DNA of 64,000 nucleotides from the IMG/VR virus record IMGVR_UViG_3300032315_000748; one strand, 5' to 3'. Positions 60,135 through 64,000 of this stretch are shown piece by piece. Source of the DNA: a virus. Numbering within the stretch: the first letter of the stretch is position 1; the number at the start of each line of letters is the position of its first letter. The notes beneath the pieces were generated by a model. The model had not been told where the DNA came from and made no database searches. It saw only the letters and a list, made by a program, of their open reading frames with translations. The position numbers and the translations under genes were made by a program.

Positions 60135-60224
60135 ATGAGTGATAATATCTACTTAGGTAATCCACTTTTAAAAAAAGCAAATACACCTATACAATTTTTA
60201 CTGGATTATATTGAGAACTTATAA
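60135..60224 (+). pseudogene. Truncated remnant of a terminase large subunit (gp17) 5' end
   Basis: MSDNIYLGNPLLKKANTPIQFLLDYIENL* matches gp17 MSSGDQYLGNPLLKKANTPIEF at 22538. Confidence 0.85.
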
Positions 60225-60264
60225 TAAATAAATAATATAGGATCATTCATTACACGAGGTTATT

Positions 60265-60444
60265 ATGTCAGCACTTATCGCATGGGCATTTGCTAATCAA
60301 GCACTCATCGCAACTGTACTTTTTGCAGTTTCAGAAGCACTTGGAGCAAACCCAAAAATCAAAGCAAACGGTCTTCTTTCGCTCATTCTTTTGCAAGTCC
60401 AAGGACAACTAAAAGCAAAGGGTGGTAAAGATTTAACACCTTGA
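60265..60444 (+). CDS. Small membrane protein, holin-like (59 aa, not in ORF track)
   Basis: MSALIAWAFANQALIATVLFAVSEALGANPKIKANGLLSLILLQVQGQLKAKGGKDLTP; TAAATA and GAGG RBS upstream, terminator downstream. Confidence 0.7.
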   Translation: MSALIAWAFANQALIATVLFAVSEALGANPKIKANGLLSLILLQVQGQLKAKGGKDLTP

Positions 60445-60465
60445 ATATAAATCAAATAAATTACT

Positions 60466-60500
60466 AAATGGAGACTTAATTTATAGGTCTCCATTTTTTT
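60466..60500 (+). terminator. Rho-independent terminator
   Basis: aaatggagac...gtctccattt stem plus T-run. Confidence 0.8.
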
Positions 60501-60533
60501 ATAAATAAAAATAGGAAACTTACGGAAAAAAGA

Positions 60534-61568
60534 ATGGCACTCTGGGGCATTTCAACAACAACCGAAACTGCGGCAAATAATTATAACATTCCAAAGTTTA
60601 TGCACATCGTTGACAAAAACATTACAGGGCATAATGTTTTTGCTGATGGTCGAGGATGGATACACAGACACTACAAGAGTTCTGAAAACTCTGGAATTAG
60701 CACCAGGTATTGTGATGAGATTTTAGTTCCTATTGCTGGTCTGAATACTACTGGTATTAGTTCAAATACTACAGGACTCGGAAATGCTACTCCAGTAGCA
60801 GTTTTCTTCGAAGACCCAAACAAGGCATCGTCAATTTCTGTTGGTGGTGGCGGAACTACCGGTATTGCTACTAATACTACTGGACATGTTCATCTTGTTT
60901 ATAATGAACTGGTTTATGTTTCTGCCGGAGCAACAGTTAGAATTCGTACCTTTGATGCTAATAATGCAAATGAAAGTACTGCAATTGTTGGGACAGCAGC
61001 ATCAGTCGCACCTGGAGCACCAGTTGTTAACTATGTAAATGGCAACGGATTGACTGTTTTTACAAATTACAACGGACAAATCACCAACAGAGTAGCATTT
61101 GCCTTTACTTCACCAAGTTCAGTTCTTACTGCAAACGTTCCATTCACAACATCAGTAACTACGACAGGACAAACTGTTGCGATTGGTGGAACTAATATCT
61201 TTGTTGACTCAGTAACGGGTGTTTCTATTGGAAGTTCACTTACAGTAGCAGGTAAACTTACAAATGTTTCTGTTGTTGCTGTTGGAACTACTTCTGTTCA
61301 AATTGGAACTGCAAGTACAATTTCTTCAACAATTACTGCAGGACTTGGAGTTACATTTAGCACAAGAACAAATGCTACAAAGTTGTTTATTGATATGAGT
61401 AGAGGATTTATTGGTGTTGGTACTGATGGTGCAACTGGCGTTGGTATCATTAGCTCCTTTACTTCTGACATCATTCGTCAAATAGGCGGTGCTGGAACTT
61501 ATCTTTCTTTACAAAAAGATGGAGTAACTGCCGTTGGACTTGGAACAACTACATTAACAGTTAGATAA
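60534..61568 (+). CDS. Putative virion structural/decoration protein
   Basis: 'MALWG' start, Thr/Gly/Val-rich, TATAAATA upstream. Confidence 0.7.
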   Translation: MALWGISTTTETAANNYNIPKFMHIVDKNITGHNVFADGRGWIHRHYKSSENSGISTRYCDEILVPIAGLNTTGISSNTTGLGNATPVAVFFEDPNKASSISVGGGGTTGIATNTTGHVHLVYNELVYVSAGATVRIRTFDANNANESTAIVGTAASVAPGAPVVNYVNGNGLTVFTNYNGQITNRVAFAFTSPSSVLTANVPFTTSVTTTGQTVAIGGTNIFVDSVTGVSIGSSLTVAGKLTNVSVVAVGTTSVQIGTASTISSTITAGLGVTFSTRTNATKLFIDMSRGFIGVGTDGATGVGIISSFTSDIIRQIGGAGTYLSLQKDGVTAVGLGTTTLTVR

Positions 61569-61576
61569 TATACAAT

Positions 61577-61948
61577 ATGAGATTTGATGAATTGAATGAA
61601 GAAAATTATATAATCTTTGCTATCAAACATTATGAAAATCCTCAAGCAATGACGCAAGAGGATTTTTTTGAAGATATGAAAAGATTCAAATGGATTAAGA
61701 GACTTCTAAACAAATACAAAAATACAGGTGAATTAAATATTCATCTAATTATTAATCATTTTATGGTTCTTTATAATGTATTTGGAGAAGCAGCAACACC
61801 TTTGTTGTTTTACAAATTAAATAAAGAATTGTGGAGTATATTAAAGACTTTTGTTTTATATCTTGGGCGACTTCCAGAGTATCCAAAGACATCTATACAC
61901 GATATACCAATTGATATTGAATGTCTTAAAATTTTAAAATCAATCTAA
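61577..61948 (+). CDS. Conserved T4-like hypothetical protein
   Basis: 'FAIKHYENP...F.ED.KRFK..KRL...L..NH...LYNVFG'. Confidence 0.75.
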   Translation: MRFDELNEENYIIFAIKHYENPQAMTQEDFFEDMKRFKWIKRLLNKYKNTGELNIHLIINHFMVLYNVFGEAATPLLFYKLNKELWSILKTFVLYLGRLPEYPKTSIHDIPIDIECLKILKSI

Positions 61949-62169
61949 TGAAAGAAGAAACTCTTTTAAAGTTAATTAATATTATTCGTAATCTTCGTGA
62001 AGATGGTGAGATGGTTATTACTAATAATGCATCAAGTGGAAAAATTGCGGGATTGCCACCGGATAATCCTCCGGTTTTCAAAAAAAGAAAAACTGAACCA
62101 AAAAGAAAAAATCACAATCCATTTTTCAAAAACTTATCTCAAATAGAAAGACGAAACCCACCGCAATAG
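61948..62169 (+). CDS. Small basic hypothetical protein
   Basis: TAATG overlap; 'TNN.SSG.IAGLPPD.PPV'. Confidence 0.65.
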   Translation: MKEETLLKLINIIRNLREDGEMVITNNASSGKIAGLPPDNPPVFKKRKTEPKRKNHNPFFKNLSQIERRNPPQ

Positions 62170-62173
62170 AAAA

Positions 62174-62638
62174 ATGTTCAACCAAAACTCCTCTTCGCCT
62201 GAAACAAAAATTGCAGTTCTTGAAGAAAGGCTTTCCGTGTACGAACAAATGATATCTCGTATTGATGCAGCAATCGAAAAGATTAGTGAGACTAATCAAA
62301 ATATCAGTAAGATGTTAGCAGTTCACACAGAAAAAATAGAACAAGCAGTCAAAACAGATAACTTAATTGTTTCTATGATAGAGGAGATAAAAATATCATC
62401 AAAAGAACAACATGATTTGATTAGTGAAGAATTAGGAGAAAGAATAGAAAAATTAGAACTGAAAGTGGAAAATATATCAAAAATAAAATGGATGGTGGTT
62501 GGAATGGGAACATTGACAGCATTGGTTGTTACCATATTATCCCAATTGGCCGGTGGAATTATACGTCACCCAGAAAAACCCAATCAACAAATTTTACAGA
62601 ATAATTTGACAGCATTAAATATTAGCGGTAAGATGTAG
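62174..62638 (+). CDS. Coiled-coil protein with C-terminal transmembrane helix
   Basis: 'KIAVLEE...KMLAVH.EKIEQ'; hydrophobic 'WMVVGMGTLTALVVTIL'. Confidence 0.7.
   Translation: MFNQNSSSPETKIAVLEERLSVYEQMISRIDAAIEKISETNQNISKMLAVHTEKIEQAVKTDNLIVSMIEEIKISSKEQHDLISEELGERIEKLELKVENISKIKWMVVGMGTLTALVVTILSQLAGGIIRHPEKPNQQILQNNLTALNISGKM
62606..62634 (+). promoter_or_regulatory. Sigma70-type early promoter for primase/nrdA
   Basis: TTGACA-17 nt-TAAGAT. Confidence 0.72.
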
Positions 62639-62655
62639 GACCTGATCCTTTTGTG

Positions 62656-63660
62656 ATGAATTTTATTGATCAAAAATACATTGGTCTGGTTTCTTCAAGA
62701 CTGGAGAAGTTTAAACAAGTTAAAACTGGACTGTATAATTTTAGATGTGTATATTGTGGGGATTCACAAAAGAATAAAAGCAAGACAAGAGGATATATTT
62801 ACGGTTATAAGAACGATCATAATTACAAGTGTCACAATTGTGGAGTATCTAAATCTTTTACTAATTTTCTAAAAGATATTGACACCACTCTTTATGATCA
62901 ATATATTATGGAGAGATATAAGAATGGTTCTACTGGCAAGGGATCTAATACACCAGAACCAAAATTCACCTTTGAAAAACCAAAATTCACAAAAAAAGCA
63001 TTTGATTTGCCATCCATCGCAGAACTAAATAAAGAACATTCGGCAAGAATTTATTTAGAAAACAGAAAAATTCCTCAAGATTTTTTGAGTCAATTATTTT
63101 ATTGTGAAAAGTTCAAACAATGGACGAATGAACAAAAAAAAACTTTTGAATCTACAAAATACGATGAACCTAGAATCATCATTCCACTTATCAACAATGG
63201 AGAAATATTTGGATTTCAGGGTCGTAGTTTAAGTAAGAAACCAAAAGTAAAATACATCACAATTATTCTAGATGAAGATCAACCAAAAATTTATGGATTA
63301 AACAGAATTGATTGGAACAAAACTGTTTATGTTGTAGAAGGTCCATTTGATAGTATGTTTATTGAAAATTCAATTGCGATGGTTGGTGCTGATATTGATA
63401 AAATGTTTTTCATAGCAAATTTTGAAACCAATTTTGTTATGGTCTATGATAATGAAAAAAGAAATAAAGAGATGGTTGCACGATTGGAAAAAAGCATTGA
63501 GATGAAATTTCCTGTGGTAATTTGGCCAAAAGATTTAAAGGAAAAAGACATTAATGATATTGTATTATCTGGACAAGACGTGGAATCTATGCTAAAATTA
63601 AATACTTACCAAGGATTAGAAGCAAAACTTAAATTTACCAACTGGAAAAAAGTAGCATGA
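62656..63660 (+). CDS. gp61: DNA primase gp61
   Basis: Zinc finger 'CVYCGDS...CHNCG', 'GFQGR', TOPRIM 'EGPFDS', 'KDIND'. Confidence 0.95.
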   Translation: MNFIDQKYIGLVSSRLEKFKQVKTGLYNFRCVYCGDSQKNKSKTRGYIYGYKNDHNYKCHNCGVSKSFTNFLKDIDTTLYDQYIMERYKNGSTGKGSNTPEPKFTFEKPKFTKKAFDLPSIAELNKEHSARIYLENRKIPQDFLSQLFYCEKFKQWTNEQKKTFESTKYDEPRIIIPLINNGEIFGFQGRSLSKKPKVKYITIILDEDQPKIYGLNRIDWNKTVYVVEGPFDSMFIENSIAMVGADIDKMFFIANFETNFVMVYDNEKRNKEMVARLEKSIEMKFPVVIWPKDLKEKDINDIVLSGQDVESMLKLNTYQGLEAKLKFTNWKKVA

Positions 63661-64000
63661 GTAACGGCATAAACGTAGTTAAGAGAGATGGGTCTATTGA
63701 AAGTTTAGACCTCAATAAACTTCATTTGATGGTTGAAGAGTCTTGTAAAGACCTTGCTGGAGTGTCTGCATCTCAAGTTGAGATGACTTCCGGAATTCAA
63801 TTTTATGATGGAATTTCAACAAGAGAAGTTCAAGAAATTTTGATCAAATCTGCAGCAGATTTGATTGATTTAGAAAATCCAAATTATCAGTTTGTGGCAG
63901 CAAGACTTCTTTTGTTCTCTGTTCGTAAATCACTTTACGGAAAAATTAAAGATCATCCTACATTCTTTGAACATATTAATAAATGTGTAGATGCAAGTGT
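63657..64000 (+). CDS. nrdA: Ribonucleotide reductase alpha subunit, 5' part (runs off the window)
   Basis: MSNGINVVKRDGSIESLDLNKLH... ATP cone; 'NYQFVAARLL'. Confidence 0.92.
   Translation, partial: MSNGINVVKRDGSIESLDLNKLHLMVEESCKDLAGVSASQVEMTSGIQFYDGISTREVQEILIKSAADLIDLENPNYQFVAARLLLFSVRKSLYGKIKDHPTFFEHINKCVDAS

Noticed and set aside
1-64000. Alternative genetic code (stop-codon reassignment)
   Set aside because: Core genes are full length under code 11 and end at TAA, TGA or TAG; only one small ORF has an internal TGA

Overview
AT-rich segment of a T4-like myovirus with the gene order typical of cyanomyoviruses (Kyanoviridae-like); a cyanobacterial host is inferred, not shown. All credible genes are on the + strand. 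The window starts inside a giant baseplate gene (gp7-like), then runs through gp8, a 2505-aa virion protein, neck/tail/packaging/head genes (gp13-gp23, gp3), uvsY/uvsW, gp55, gp47/46, gp45/44/62, dam, regA, hsp20, gp43, uvsX, an HNH endonuclease, a 2OG-Fe(II) oxygenase, gp41, mazG, an accessory late region, primase gp61 and the 5' end of nrdA. No tRNA, rRNA, CRISPR, intron or intein was recognised. Most notable observations: (1) four late genes carry a T4 internal-protein-like capsid-targeting leader, and two of them look like Glu-delimited modular polyproteins that the gp21 protease could cut into separate effectors; (2) a fossil copy of the 5' end of a foreign gp17 lies 37 kb from the real gene; (3) an NblA-like gene precedes gp17; (4) several RNA-level controls: a late promoter inside a 16-bp hairpin before a PD-(D/E)XK-like nuclease, a ROSE-like hsp20 leader, a candidate small RNA beside tandem Sm-like genes, and an antisense sigma70 promoter. 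Annotations rest on recognised motifs and synteny; no database search was run.
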